Shown here in pieces: positions 1 to 14,577 of a DNA stretch of 64,000 nt. Every line of letters begins with the position of its first letter. Within the stretch, counting starts at the first letter, position 1. The stretch lies in NCBI GenBank assembly GCA_030141605.1, contig JAQGDQ010000157.1:62001-126000 (forward strand), in the 5' to 3' direction. Under the pieces are notes generated by a model. That model did no database searches and was not told the origin of the DNA. It saw only the letters and a list, made by a program, of their open reading frames with translations. The stretch is from Tubiluchus corallicola. Taxonomy: Eukaryota > Animalia > Priapulida. The position numbers were made by a program, and so were the translations under genes.

Positions 1-137
1 CCGGTCTTGATGGGCTCCCACTTGTCTACGACATGGCTCTGGTATGCATTGGCTTTGGTGTCTACGACCATCTCGCACAGCGGATATCACTTTCCGTTTC
101 TGCCGTCGCCGGAAGCACATGACTTTCACCATCTCAA
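1..137 (+). CDS. FAXDC2: FAXDC2 (fatty acid hydroxylase domain-containing 2), penultimate coding exon, truncated at the window start
   Basis: Frame 1 reads PVLMGSHLSTTWLWYALALVSTTISHSGYHFPFLPSPEAHDFHHLK, with the HSGY and HDFHH His motifs of the fatty acid hydroxylase/sterol desaturase family. Donor gtaagt at 138, phase 2. Confidence 0.93.
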
Positions 138-177
138 GTAAGTGACGACGTTTTTACTCCATTATAATACTTAAGTA

Positions 178-1336
178 CAGGTAGTCGTGGACTTACGACT
201 TGTGCAACTTACAACTTTACGACCCGACCACAACTTGATTAGTTGATTGTACAAAACTAATTATAACTCATATTTCATTCTTTTTTTTTACAGACAGAAA
301 CCAATTTTAAATCGCCATGTGTTCTGATAAATTCATCCGTAGGTGCTGCCATATAGTACTAGTGCATATAGTAGTAGTAGTAGTAGTATTAATAGTAGTA
401 GTAGTAGCAGTAGTAGCACTAGCAGTAGCAATGTATTGACTGTAACAATGAATTATGAGCGGAACAATTTTACAGTCAACACAGTACATTAAGCAGATAC
501 AGTTAGCTATGCAACAACAAACTCTACCTACACAAATAGCAAACAGAAACTAGCTTTGTGTTTATCAATTTTGCAACAAAGCAAAGCAATATCTAACAGT
601 CTTTGCTGTAAGCTTCAGGTTGCTTGTAAATAAACTTGATAAACATCTAAACTAAAATCTAATCCAAGATAATCTTGTCATACATTTCCGGTAGTTATAC
701 ATTCGCAAATGTCTGCTTGCACTAAACCGCAGTAACATAATCTTAATTCATGTGGTATCCTAGACAACCAGTTTTTACACGAAACTTGTGAGCTGAGAGA
801 CGAAGCTAGTCACATGTATTCTATCGAATTCTTTTACATCTAATGAAACATTAACATAATAATCTAATACACTTCAATTAGGATTAAGTGATTTGTACAC
901 CACAAACTTTGATCGGTCTGATGCCATAACACATGCTTTTCTATCTGCAATATCTCTCAATTATACGATCGTCATTCATCACACAATTAATATAACAAGC
1001 CTCTCGAGTATTGACTGCCTGCACTAACTGCCAAACAAAATTAAACGGATCATCAAGCATACCATTACGCATGTGTATGTAACTTGCATTGACTTTATTT
1101 TAGCAGACAATGCTGGATAGCCAAGCTTAAAAAGGCACAAATCGTTAGCTGTACTGTGCCTGACACCTAATATAGCTTTTATTGCTGATATATACAAAAG
1201 TTCAGCAAGTTTTATACACACACACACATACACACAACATCTTACATGGCTTTAACATGCCGGTCCGACTTGCGTCCAGTTCATTTTACGACCAATCAGC
1301 TAAACCTGATTGTGATCACAAGTCGACTACAACTTG
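178..1336. mobile_element. Tigger/pogo-like non-autonomous DNA transposon (degenerate), containing a (TAG)n microsatellite
   Basis: TA|CAGGTAGTCGTGGACTTACGAC at the left end and ...AAGTCGACTACAACTTG|TA at the right end: imperfect TIRs flanked by TA. Confidence 0.6.
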
Positions 1337-1782
1337 TATAAACAAATGTATTAGCTGTTCTGAGCCGTTCCAAAGGAGAGTATCATAATATTGTGGGATG
1401 ATGTGTGAAGTTAAACAAGAGTATATTTCTACACAGTCAGAATCAGCACACTGCCTACTGCATGGTTGAGGAAGGACTGGTATCTAGGCCGTTATCAAGC
1501 CTCTACAATGAGACAACTATTAGTGCTAAATGGAAAATCCATCATCTTATAGACTGCTTTCACTGGCACAGATGTTAAGACTCCGTGCCTATTTGTTGTG
1601 CTACACTGAATTTGATGCATTGCTTGGCCAATTTTGGCAGGCAATGCATAAAACACAGCGATAAGAAGTAGAGGACTTTTCAAACACCATCTTGTAACTG
1701 GCAACATTTATGTGTATTTCAAAGAATATTAGTTATAATGAGTGAAACTCCAAAAGTAATAATTAATGTTATTGTAAACCTT

Positions 1783-2168
1783 AATAAACCTTTTCACAGT
1801 TCCAGCGATAATGATGATTGTAAAAAGCCAAAAGGTTAAGTGTACCAGACAATGCATTTGTGTACACTTGACAGTGCCTCACAGCCCATGTTATTCTCAT
1901 AGTAACAGTTCTCACAGCTCCCTAGAACATTACCTGGTTCATTCTTTCTAGTTCGCAAGCAAGATCCTGCTAGTAAACCACTTTGTGCACAGATTAATGC
2001 ATAGTTAAATAAAGTCCACCTAAAAGAACTGAAGGTGCTGAACTGATGTGGCAGACAGCTTTGCTTTACCCACACATCACATGATGGTTGTAGTTAAAGA
2101 TGCGTTGCTGTGGTACACTTAACCTATGACCTACAGTAACTGCTCGTGCACACAACGAAAGGCTTATT
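1783..2168. mobile_element. MITE family A (~390 bp), with subterminal inverted repeat GGTTAAGTGTACCA...TGGTACACTTAACC
   Basis: The same sequence recurs at about 18389, 29518, 57007 and 61678-62340. Termini are AATAAGCCTTTTC-like and AAAGGCTTATT. Confidence 0.8.
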
Positions 2169-3053
2169 ACCAAATTACTTAAAAACCTGTCAGTTCTGGC
2201 AGCACAGCTGGCATTAAAAATTACGCTTAAGTTTTATTGCTGCACCCTGAGTTACTCAGTTAATGACTAAATAAAAATTCTTTATTGCTTTTTTTTAAAT
2301 GAATAAATTTCTAAAGACTAATGTCTGTTGTCTGTTTATCTAAAATTTTGTCTATTTTGCTTTCTCGGTTGATTGGGGAACTGAAGAAGGGAAGTACTTG
2401 CAGTTATGTGACAACTAGACATTTCATGTTACAACAGACAGAAAAGTCTGACAAGTTTTAGTATCGCCATGTTTTTCGTTTATTTTGCATTTGTATTTTA
2501 GTACAATGATTACAGGGCAGGTTAAGGATTCACTTAACTGGGTAACTGGTTCATTTTTTGTCAGTTAACCATTAACCGATTAATCAGGTCTAGGCGACAT
2601 TCGAGGCCTTCTGTATTTTGCCGACTAGATCATTAGAGAACCAAATAAACAAGAAATTTACAACACAAACGTATCAAGTGAAACTTTAGAGGAATATGTT
2701 CAAATAAGAGTGAAAATTTTAGACATAGAAAGTGAAAAGTCTCTGTTTGTAAGGATGCCAAGTGATGTTGAACTAAGGGTAACATTTTCCTACATAGAAA
2801 TGAAAAATCTCTACAGTAAGACTAACCCTAACCAATGACTGATTGGATTCTACCCAAGGTAGTCCTGACAGCGACAGAGCGTGTTAGAAGAATTTTTGTG
2901 TCCTCCGTGATAAAGATCAGTTAGCTGGTTAAAAAAAATTAACCAGTTAGGATCCATACATACATATTCTGTAACACTTAATTAGCTAATAGATGCAGTT
3001 TGAAAAATCGAATATACTTTTTATGTATAACTTGAGTCTACATCTATTTTTAG

Positions 3054-3216
3054 ATTCAACCAAAATTATGGAGTTCTCGGTCTGTTAGATCGTTTGCATG
3101 GCACGGACAATTTATTCAGAGTTTCTAAACAATACGAGAGACACATCATGTTCCTTGGCTTGACACCGATACGTCAGCAGATTCCGGACAGCCCAAAGCG
3201 CAAGAAGTCCGAGTAG
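3054..3216 (+). CDS. FAXDC2: FAXDC2 last coding exon
   Basis: Acceptor ttttag ends at 3053 and the phase is compatible. Reads (K)FNQNYGVLGLLDRLHGTDNLFRVSKQYERHIMFLGLTPIRQQIPDSPKRKKSE*, closely resembling the vertebrate FAXDC2 C-terminus. TAG at 3214-3216. Confidence 0.93.
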
Positions 3217-4882
3217 AAAACTTAAAAAGATGGATTTTCTGTGAGAGCATATGATATGATATATGCTGTAAAGTAGGAATATTTTTGGATTGCACTTTTG
3301 ACCACTTGTTTCTGGAAAGAGTTTACATGTGTTTGCATTGACATCTATTTCCTGAAATGAAAAATTTGCTTTGCAACACCTTTGCTTATATCTACCGCAA
3401 CCTGCCCAACCATTCTCCTTTGAATTACGACAACCGTATACGTGTGTTTGACAGTTGGAACACTACACATTTCTCAAGAAATCACATTGGGTACATTGAG
3501 TTTGTGTTTGTAACTATAGATAAGAATATTATACTTTGAACTTGCATTGCGAGAACTGTCTTCTAAAACTAAAAAAATATATAAGAAAGAATGGATTTCT
3601 AATGCTGTGATCATTTTGAGTTTTAGACCTCAATTGTTTACACCCTTTTGGCTTTCCTTTAGTTGACCTCAAGAAAATTAAGTCAGAAAACTGATGCACC
3701 ATGACTACTCAGCTATTGACCTCATTCTACTCTAATCAACACACAGATTACAAAATGCCAATCAACCAGTGGGGTCTACCTAGCGTCGGCCAGTTAGCTC
3801 TCTTTATGTCTTCCCTTCTGTTTCACCTGAGTTGCGCAACAAAAGCAGCTCACAAATACAGGCAGAAAATGCACTGAAATATATTGCAAGAGTTAAGGTC
3901 AAGTGTGTATCGTATTATTATTATTTTCTCCAGCCATAGGAGATTCCTGCAATTAAAATTTGTCTAGCAGCAGTACAGCAATGTCTAGTCCGGTACCAAA
4001 ATTTCCTCATACCTAATTACTAGGATTAAATTTACCTGCACCAAACTTATTAGTAACAAATTTTTTCATGTTTTTCAGTTTGTTTGCATGCTGTAAGCAC
4101 TTTCAGGGAGGGAGTTTGTGAGAATGAATATTACGTCATCAAGTTGGGTAGGGCTAAATGCGGCTTGCGATCTGTGTATTATTATTATTTTCTTACCATC
4201 TTAATTTACCAGTTGCCACTGTTTTTTATGGGAGAATTTTGGGTGAGAAAAGATTGTTTTTTAACTTTAGATAATTTAGCTTCCCTTTAAGTAAGTTTAA
4301 CTGTGCGAAACTAAATTTCAATAGATTAATCCTGAAACTTTTTTTCAAAGAAGTGGTGAGTTTCGTTATTAGGGAAGAAGTTAATAGTGACGCTGTCAAT
4401 AAATGAAAACTTTACATGATATTAAAATACCATGGCAGATGATATATAAGAATCATTTAGTATGTAGTATTAAAACTTATTATTACCTATATAGTATCAG
4501 TAATGCTATATTTACAAGCAAACACCACCAAAACAAAAAAAATCGATATCTGTTATTAACTGTGCTAATCAGTGGTGGATTATGGAAGTTGCATCTTCAT
4601 ATAGGATGATACGGAAGTTTTCAACTGTTTATGAGTGCATTGTTGCTGTGTTTCACGCGTACATAAAATTTTTCTATTTTAGTGCACATGTGTATCTGCC
4701 ACACAACTTTGATATGCAAGCTGTTTTGATCAAACCATAACTTTTTTCAATTGTCTTGATGCTCTTTAATGTGCGATGCATTTTGTGCACTGTTCCTTAT
4801 ATATGTGGGTGCATATAAAAATGTTCTACTTATATATTATCAACTATTACTCTACATGTATCTACTTGTTGTGATGTTCCGG

Positions 4883-5155
4883 CATAGGTGTACAGGCCAA
4901 TTTTTTCGGGGGGGGGGGTGGCTGAACCACTTTTTTGCCCGACATATTCATGGTCAGCTTCGAGTCAGGAATTGCCTCGCCCCACCCATGATCAAAACAA
5001 CGCCTGGATTTCGGGCACTTCATTTGGCGGCATGGAGAATTTTTGAGATTTCCTTTTATGAAAAATATTTTTTCATCATTTGGCCTTGTATCCAAAAAAT
5101 TTGGTGTTTGCCTGAATCCAGGGAGGCTGCAGCTCCCCTGGCTTGTACACTTATG
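4883..5155. mobile_element. Short hAT-like MITE
   Basis: TIRs CATAGGTGTACA ... TGTACACTTATG. No clear TSD. Confidence 0.45.
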
Positions 5156-6419
5156 CGCGTTCCTTCAATTATTTTTGCATAGTGCGATTGTAATTAGGTG
5201 CTGTTTTTCATACTTTTCCATATACTAAGTTACATAGCTGTTGGTTATGTATGTCAGACGATCTATCTTGCCTTACACTACACAGTGATCAATGTTTTTG
5301 AATTGAACTGCAAATTTCACTAAAAAATACCATTGCCAAAGAATGAACCAAATTAGCAACTTTCTCCAAGATACTGATACGATAGAATCAGTTGTCTTCA
5401 ATTCCTTGCACATGTTCAACAATTGAACATTTCCTAGTCATTGGTTGTGGTTTTATATTTCTTGAACCTGAATTGTTTTCGAGATTCCAGTGTGGCTCTT
5501 GAGTGTCATTGCTGGCTTTACTGACAGTTCTTCTGTTATGGCATGTACAGACTGGAGAAGAGTTTTCTCTCCAAGAAAGTTGCAAGCAAATCTGCTGGAA
5601 ATTATTCTCCCGACAGCTAGCATGAATTGGCTGTCAGGAAATCTTGCAGCAGCATTCAGACTAAAGAGATTAAATTTACTCTCGGCAAGTTACCAAGATT
5701 AATGTAGGATACTGTTCTAAAAAACTGTCACAAATTCCAGCAACAATTAAATAGAATTTGGTTTCTTTTTGCTGCCAGAAGTGTCCAGAGCAACTCGCAG
5801 AGGCGTTCACAAGAGACAGCAATTTAACTCACAGCAACTGTCAGATAGTGTGCAATTTCTTGTCAATAGTAACTTGCAAAGCAGGCCATACTTATGAGTT
5901 TGCTGTCAGGCAGAAAGCTCATGACAAAAAACTCTCCGGTCTGAATGTGGCTTTAGACAGAAGGGCCCAGGTGGAGCAACTGTAGCTGGTTATCTTTTAT
6001 GCAACTGAAGCAATGCAAGCTTTATATTATTTTAATCCAATTTTAACATTGCTATCTATAACTACCTATTGTATGTGATGTATATTTATAAAAGCAATGG
6101 GCGTTTATTGCACAGTGTCTCGGCATTGTTCTAAGACATTGCATGCACTTAAAAAAGAAAACTTATTATTTTGAATACCACGGAGCTGAACGCTATATAC
6201 GGAGTGTTCACTTAATACAAAAATCGATAACGCATGTGTGGCGCTAATGCTTCAACGGTGAGCAGGTAAACCGTGAATAATAATATTATGGCAAGGAGAA
6301 GTAGCGTTATTGTTATAGCGGTGCCATAGGTATGACGAACGCATTGTACTTTTTTACCCATCATCTTAGGTGCTTTCGTTATGCAACACAGCCCCACTCA
6401 TAATTTGATGCTAAACTCC

Positions 6420-6960
6420 CCGGTCTCTTGCCACGTGCCAAGTTTCTACATTGTTTAAGTAAGTGGAATATTTAATAAATTTTTCTTCAAAACATCCAGA
6501 TACGTGATCAGACCCCCTCTTGGCTTCTTCCCAGGTATTAGTGCTTGCTGTAACACTGTAGTAAGTGGAGAGCCCTTTGGTAATCTAATGACATGTCCAA
6601 TCCATTCTAAGCCAACGCTTCATTTTTTCTTCTTCGTTAAATCATATAGGTCTTGATTTGAGATTTCCTTTGGCCATTTCGTACCCAGCATCTTTCTGTA
6701 CAGGGGTCTTTGGAAGGCATTAATTTCATTCTTCTGGACAACGGTGACAGTCCACAATTATAAATTATATTACCCGCTAACCTTAGGATGGCACAGCGTG
6801 GTGTCACACGTATGCACGCCTGCAGGCAAAGTGAATACTCCGCTTGTAGTGCTATTCTCCATGTGAATACTGAATTATTCGGAAGACAAAAAAGCATTAT
6901 TGTGAAAGGCATTCTCATTAGCTGGGTCTTAGAATACAAGTCACTGGCAACTATCCGCTC
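6420..6960 (-). mobile_element. Decayed RTE-like non-LTR retrotransposon, 3' fragment
   Basis: The minus strand reads LEWIGHVIRLPKGSPLTTVLQQALIPGKKPRGG (WxGHVxR...GxRxRG motif), with IIYNCG upstream. Contains stops and frameshifts. Confidence 0.6.
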
Positions 6961-8920
6961 ACAGAAAATCCAAATGTTTATTGCTATTGTTTAGATTATA
7001 AATGTAATTATAATTGTTTTACTGATGTATTTTTGTTCAACTTTTGCACTGGAATGACTAAGTATTTTAAAAGTACTAAAATTTAGTAATGTTAGCATTG
7101 CATGTTGAATGTTGTTAATACGGATGTAACATTTAAGTTTACAAGAAGCAGCTCTTTGCAGTTATGCAGCTTGTAAGTTTACATGCTTGAAAACAATGCA
7201 TCTCAATTCATTTGCGAAAAATTAGTGCAACTCGATACTTGCAAAAAATTGTAAAATATCAGATTATTCTTGTATTTCATTTACATTAATTTTGTAGTGT
7301 TATAAATTAAAGCTCTATTTCGATGGATTATTATTGCTTTACAGATATTTTAATTCAAATTTTCCGGTAAATAACTCTAGTCTGCTGTGAGATTTTAGTA
7401 ACTTAGTTGTTGTTGTAATTAAATTTAAAAAAGTTGGTAGATTTTATCATTTAACAGTGGGTGTCGACACTTATGTGCACAGCTCTTGTGTTATTAAAAT
7501 GGTGCATTGTAAAAAAATCTTTAATCAAATAAACTAAATGTTACAGTAAACTGCCTTGCACTATAGTTGGTAGAAAATGGATTTTTTTGTCATATTATTT
7601 GCAGAAAACGTATCAAGCCACAAGACTAATTTTGCAAGGTTTTCTTTCATACCCCTGGGTACTAGACGGGTGGTTTAGAAAACATTTTCCCAGAATATAA
7701 AAACCATGGAAGATATAAGATGCGATAAATATGATTACATATATGTATTATTCATCGTAAAATTTATAATACTATACCACATAAGCAGGTGCGACGTTAC
7801 ACCCGATGAAATTTAGCACATCTGTAAATCCTTATTGCAACCATTTTATGACAGACTTTTGCATATAATAATTGTTTGTTTTCCTTAATATTTAGACAAG
7901 ATATTTTAACTGAAACTAGAGAAACTCAAACATGAAATAAGCTACGATACAATAATCGAACTTCACTAAGTAAATAACACGAATTCGATTAATCAGGAAA
8001 TTCACATGAAAACATTTTACGAAACCTCTAATATCGTGTAAATGTACGTTCTACATTCTCCTCTATCACAAACCACCCAATTTTTTTCAACATTTTAACT
8101 GCATACTAATAACAAAATTCAACTGTACAAAACAACGCTGGACTGACCTCTGTGGAAGAAACGATCTTCAATGAATCAGTCCAGAAATTCCGCCCGTGAG
8201 GAGCCAATGCGCCTGGGCAACTTGGCAAACACGGTCATAAACGAAGCGAAAAACCACACAAATTTTACTGACTCTGAGCACAATCTCGCAAGAAAAAACC
8301 AATTAAAGAATTGCATTATTATACCAATGGTTAAAATGAAAATATAGAAAATGCTATATGAATGTTATGAGTTCATTATAATACCAAAACCTTATGGTTA
8401 CTAAGACGAGGCAACATCTTATCTAACCAAAGAATTTGTAGCCCATAATCACAAAATTATCAGAAGCTAACTAAATAACAAAAATTGTAAATAATTAGTT
8501 TAAAAAACACTGGTATACTATTATAACTGCTGTAATCCAAATCTTTCACTAGCCATGAAAAACCAAGATTATGTAAACTAACCAAAGATTGTCTGTAGGG
8601 GATTTCTCGGATTGCAACATGAGCCACATGCCAAAACATGCCTAGTTCTAAAGCTCTACCTTGATAATAAAAAAGCATGACTAATAATTATCAAAATCCG
8701 TGATTTACCAGACAGCAAATTCAATAAGAAAATCATATGTGGCCTAATTTCATTTTGTATTCCCCAATTGATAATATCAATTTGTGCAAAATGGATAAGG
8801 AAACATATTTTGATATGCTACAAATCTGCAACACCGTCTTAAGACACTTTCTAAAGCATCATCACTTCTTGTCATCGTATCCGACCTAACGAGTCAATGT
8901 CTAAACTGCCGTGACCTGCT

Positions 8921-11900
8921 TTATGTGGTACGTTCTTCAGCGTTTTCATTTCCTGGGGCACGCTCATGGGACCCTGTCGCATCTTCCACTGATGAACTTG
9001 TCACCTTACTAGGACTCTTTGGTGCTTTAGCAACATCTGACTGGTGCTTTTTGTCAATTTTTCCTCGGCTTTTTTCTGCATTCTTCGACCTATTCTCGCT
9101 AAACTTGCGTCGCTGGTTGCCGCTTTTACTTTCGTTCGACGGATATCTCTTCTTTTCCTGAGTAGCACCATGTTCGGCGGAACTGTTTGAAGAAGCCACA
9201 GCATCTGCAGATGTCATACGCTTCTGAGCCTCTTGCTCCTCCAAAGCTTTTAACGTCTGAGGATCAACTCTGAAATCATCCACAGTTTTATAGTTCCTCA
9301 GCTTCTCCTGCAAACTGCTGCAGACTTTCAAGTTCTTACTACCTTTGTAGTACTTAAGAAATGCCCAAAACTTTTCCAATCCGTAAAGATGTCCGTTTTC
9401 TGTATCTCTAATTGTTTCTTCTTCGAAATCCTTGAACAGATCCATTCTGAACTTCTTTTCCAAGCCATAACTGTAGAACCTGAACAGACATTCTATTCCA
9501 TACCTGTAACCAGCTTGAGCATCCTCTTTTGCCAGAGTTTTGAACTCTTGGTACATCTTACGATTAAGGTTTCCACGCAAGAAAAATGACCAGAATCGAA
9601 AAAGCGTATTCATTTCCTGTGATTGGCCGATGCCAAATTTTCGCCTTTCTTTTAGGCACTTGTGATGATACTTGTGGTAAACATGCTGCACAAAACCGTT
9701 TTCCTTTAGCAACGAATGTGAAGGATGTTGAAACTGAGGTATTGAAGAAGGAGTGCTCCCAGCGCTGCTAGCAGCAGAGTTACCCCCGAAATTTATAGGA
9801 GCAGTATCGCTACTACTCTGCGAGGAAGTACGGGGCCTATGTTCCTTTATGTCCATCACCCATCCTACGTGAGCCTCCACTGGAGGATTTTGACTGTGTT
9901 TGGTTTTCCATGTTCGTGGAGTCTGTTGGTCAGAAGGTTGGTCTTCTTTTACTACAGGGAAAAATCGGGGTGACTTTGTAGAATCTGCCCGTTTTTTCCT
10001 TTCGTCGTGCTCTGAAGAGATGTGTACATGCAATGGAATATCCGTCGGTAAGGAATGGCTGGCATTAGCACCAGACACGGTTGCGCCACGCACTTCAAGT
10101 GATGGAGGAGGAGGAGGAGGGGGAGGAGGAATCTCCTGATTATCTGCCATTTGCTGATGATCTGTCACAAGCTGGTCAAATGTTTCGCGTGAAATCATCT
10201 CCACCTTCTTGTGCTTGTGAGCCATATTGAGCTCACCAACGGTGTGAAGGTCTTCTTCATAGTAATAAAGACCATCGTTTATCACCTTAGCAAATTCAGC
10301 TGTCAGCTTGGCACGGGTAGTATAATCACCGGTTCTATCACCACCAGGATGCTTTTTGTTGACGGGTGGCGTTTGAGTTACAATCAATATTTTATTGATG
10401 TCGTGATCCGGTAACTCCTCATCAGATTCGTCAGACCATTCACTGCTGTAGTTCAGCTTACGGCCTGCAGCTTCCAGCTCTTCATCGAACATAAAATCCA
10501 GCTCCTCCTGTTTGTCAAAATGATCAGTTTTTGGATGAACGGGAGGCATCCCCTTTCTCTCTTTCTCTTTGCGAGGTTTTCGTTTCACTTCAGTCCAATC
10601 GGCGGGTTCTCTTTCGGGTAAACTTTGTGACAACCCTGACAATTCGGGAGAAGACACTTTGCTGAGCCTCTCTAATGTCTGCATTGTATGCGTGTCATCT
10701 TGCTGGACTAATTCATTGAAAACCTTACCAAAGGCACCAACTGGATGTGTTACAATAGGGTACGGTTGCCCTGGAACAAATTCTGGTACATCAGCATGCA
10801 ACTCGGAGGTGTGAATTGCGGGGGCAGGATTGCTAATTGCCCATTTTTCTGGATTATTTTTTGGTCGCACTTTAGTATCACCTTTAATTTCAAGCTCGGC
10901 ACTTTCTTTAAGTGACTCCACAATAAGCTTGATGTCTTGAGTTAATGCCTGCACTCGATGAAAACTTGCAATTAAAGAAATAGGCAAATAACCCTCAGGA
11001 TCCATCTTCCTGCGCAGAAAAAAGTCTTTCGTTAAGTTTTCCTCGCTGAAATAATACTCAACTTGCTTCCGGACATACTCTTTCAGCGTTGAGTGGTCAA
11101 CAGAAGGAAACTGATTTGCATAATAATAAGTGCCCAGCATAGGCATGTAAAAAGGAGCTCCCACAGACTGAACTTTAACAGGAGCCTGCTCTTTCTGCTC
11201 ATATTTATTAGACAGAGTGTCTTGTGACCCATAGTGCCTCCTGTCACCTCGCCCACGTCCGGAAAATCCTCTTCCTCTGCCTCTCCCTCGACCTCTACCA
11301 CGGTAACCTCCACGTGAATCAGGAAAGTTATTCGATCGATCTCTCCAGTTGCTACTATCTGCACCTTCGCCCTCGGGTCTGTCACCACTGCTGTGGTGTC
11401 TACCTTTGTAAAACCTGTCAGAATTAGAGGAGAAACCACCACGTGGCTTTCCAGGTTTACCTTGACGCTCTCCCTTCGCCTGCTCTATCTCCAATGGTAC
11501 CCACTTCTGCTTCTTGTTATCGACTGGTATTTTCTTCTGAGTTTTCTCTAAAACAGCTGATCGGTTCTCTTTGCTTGACTCGTCATTTTCACTGGTATTG
11601 TTCACAAGTTTAGCAGGTTCTTTAAGCTCACTTGGGGTTGGCCAATTAGTAACGTCACTAAAATCACTACTCACTTTCTTCTTTTCGAGAGCACCAACAG
11701 CATCAGTTGATTTTGCTGATGTCTGCGATGTGGGGCTCGGCAGAGGCGGAGAAGGTTGCTTTGTTGTAGCTGTTACCACTGCAACTTGCTTCTGTGCTCC
11801 TGGAGAAACCTGAGGTGAGTGTTTCTGCGATTTTGTCCATGGATTTATTGCTGGAGGTGGGGCAGGAATTTTCTCTACTGATTTTACATCATCTGCTTCT

Positions 11901-12039
11901 GCTATCTCATTATTACTAACAGCATGGTTATCCTCGGTAGACAGGGGCACACTGTCACCAGACACGATGCCATCGCTGCCGGTGTCGCCGTGATCATCTT
12001 TTGACTTGCATTTATCATTTGAATCTGATAGAAGGGTAC
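8921..12039 (-). CDS. LARP1: LARP1 (La-related protein 1), single large coding exon 2
   Basis: Contains RG repeats, a La motif ([25 protein letters not shown]), a PAM2-like motif ([11 protein letters not shown]) and DM15 repeats ([32 protein letters not shown]). Acceptor ttttag at 12040-12041 in phase 1. The ORF-track start at 12055 is intronic. Confidence 0.96.
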
Positions 12040-13789
12040 CTAAAAATAATGACAAGATTTAGTTACTGAAACTATTTGATTGTAATGGAGTAGTTTTTAC
12101 TGATACTTCGGATATACCTACAGCTAAACTGCTACTATTATATTGTGAAATTTATATGTACAGGTTGAACATTTTGAAAATCAAATCTAATGTCATAGCT
12201 ATAAAAGAAAACAGTACCAATTTCGATTTCAAGCCGTGCTTCAATTTTGACTTACAATTATAAAATGTTCATGGAAGGTTTCGCTTATCAGAAAATTTCC
12301 TCAGTTGTTCATGCCACCGCTAATTGCACTTATTAGCAGTCAATCAAGTTTCAAAGAGTTCTGATATTGTCAGAAATATTTTGATACTGAATGGTCGGAA
12401 AAATCGTTCTGTTTTCCTTTAATGACATAGAAAGTTAGTAAAAAATATTCAACAATAAATTGTGTAGTAGACTGGAACCTCCTATAGCATTTAGAAGTCG
12501 AATCAGCTTAAGCTTGCAAATTCTTTACTTATTTCATTAATTCGTGCTTATTAATTCATCTCAAATATAAACTAAGTGGAAAGGACCAATGGCTTGTCCG
12601 ATCCTTGGGATTAACAATGTTAAATAAATAAAACAATGTTTATAAAACTAGTGTTCTGCTGCTTTTCAACACGCACAGTATATAGCACCTCTTTATGTTT
12701 GCTAAGTATGCTGCTAAAATAATGTTGTTGTTGATATTGCTGCCGAAAAGCATTATATAGGTATCATAACAGTGACACATGCCTTTTTTACAGGTAGCTA
12801 TATTAGCTACTCTGACCAGCAGCTACAAGCCACTGTTGGTCTATTTAAATAATCGGTGGTACCCAAGCACAAAAAAATCTGCTTTGGTTTGGGTGATGAA
12901 AATGCGCATTCGGTGCACCCTAGGGACAGTCCAAACCAGCTGCTTTTGGAAAAATTAGGAATAAAGTGTTAAGGGGCATTTTGCTTGTTATCTGCACTAA
13001 AAGTGGAATCATGTAAATATTTTCTTGCTATAGCTCACCTAATTTTTTTCACCTGATAGTGAGCGTTTCCATTTCCGATCCCGTTTTTGGCTTAATCAGC
13101 AGACATATGTGAGAACAAAATGACAGGAACTGCATACGGACGTACTACAGGCCGCCTAACTGAGATATATAATGCATTCTGTGCTTAGATCCTTAGATGT
13201 TGTTGATTGCCGTCCTACAATAACTAGAGGTCACAAGTACAAAATTAAACAAGACAGTCCCGAATGGATGTATACAGGTTTAGTTTCTTGAACATAGAGG
13301 TAAATCTATGGAATTCACTCCCTGAAGACAGTGTACCTGAAATTTTCATATACTAGAAACCGCCTATATTAGTACCAGTACCAGTGCAGGAGGGAGAACA
13401 TTTCCCAGACAGACTAGAATATCAACTGGTGATAAACAACACTGACCAGTTAACTTAACTTAAGTAACATTCACCACCAGGTGACACTGATCATCTAGTA
13501 AAGATTAATGGTGGATCAGACACTCTCAGGTGAGCAAACTGATTAGTTATTGCAAGAAAATGTTTGTAAACATGGTTCTACTTTTAATGCAGTTAACAAG
13601 CAAAATGCTCTTTAAAACTTTCTTCCTAATTTTTCTAAGGCAGCCGAATTGGACTATCTGTAGTGACAACTGAATCAGATATTTGATTAGAGCAGTCATT
13701 TCCAAATCTCCAAAAAGGACACAGCTGCTCCATACCTCCGAGACAACTGTTACGTGTATATATTATGTACACATTTAAAAACGTATATA

Positions 13790-14577
13790 CAGTAGGTGCC
13801 GTTTAATAGACTCAGTCGCATAATTGACTCAAAAACACCTGGAACAAGCCATTCCTATTCTAATGTATATCAAAACTGTAGGTAATTGACTCAAATAACT
13901 CCGCATAATTGACTCAATATTTTTACTTCACACACTTAAAATAAGATACTTGTGTGTAGCCAAAGAGCTTTTACTGCCTTTATGTCATCTTTACATCTAT
14001 TTTGTGCGCTATAACATACGTAGAAACAGTCACGTTAAGTACAGCTTTGTTTGTAAGCAGGTACAGTACATTTATCATATGAGCTAATATCTTAGCGTAG
14101 CAGTTTTGCTTTGAATATGTCACTCACTTATCCGCTGCAGTTAACCTCGTTGTTTCAGGAAGCTTAACATCTAACACACACTTGCCCAGCGGTTTGCTTT
14201 TGAAATTCATGCTGCTTTTCACAAGGTCATCACAAATTGCAGCTCAAGCACAAGGTGATTAGGTAAAGAAAATGAAGCAACCAACTTCTCGTGAATTTTT
14301 ACTGGGAATAATCAGATTTTTGCAATTTTTTATTTCTTTTTTTATTAATTCACTTATATAAATTATGCTTCTTAAATAATTACACATAGGCATTTTTGAC
14401 ATTAATTCGTTTCTAAAATTTATTTAAAGCCTTCGCAATGCATATTAAGTGATGAGTGATGACTCATACTTGCATAGTACTTAGTAATATACTAAACCCT
14501 TTGGCTAATTGACTAAGTCGGTTAATTGGGTCAAAACACCACCATCCCAAAGTGAGTTTATTAAGTGGGGCCTACTG
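13790..14577. mobile_element. pogo/Tigger-like MITE in the LARP1 intron
   Basis: TA|CAGTAGGTGCCGTTTAATA ... TATTAAGTGGGGCCTACTG|TA. Confidence 0.7.

Noticed and set aside
8925-11813. Short antisense and alternative-frame ORFs over LARP1, and similar ones over the RTE ORF
   Set aside because: Shadow ORFs of real coding sequence with no recognisable motifs.
12040-12055. ORF-track start (MSLFL) for LARP1
   Set aside because: The start is a TTG inside a polypyrimidine tract. A phase-matched upstream ATG exon exists at 15168-15210.
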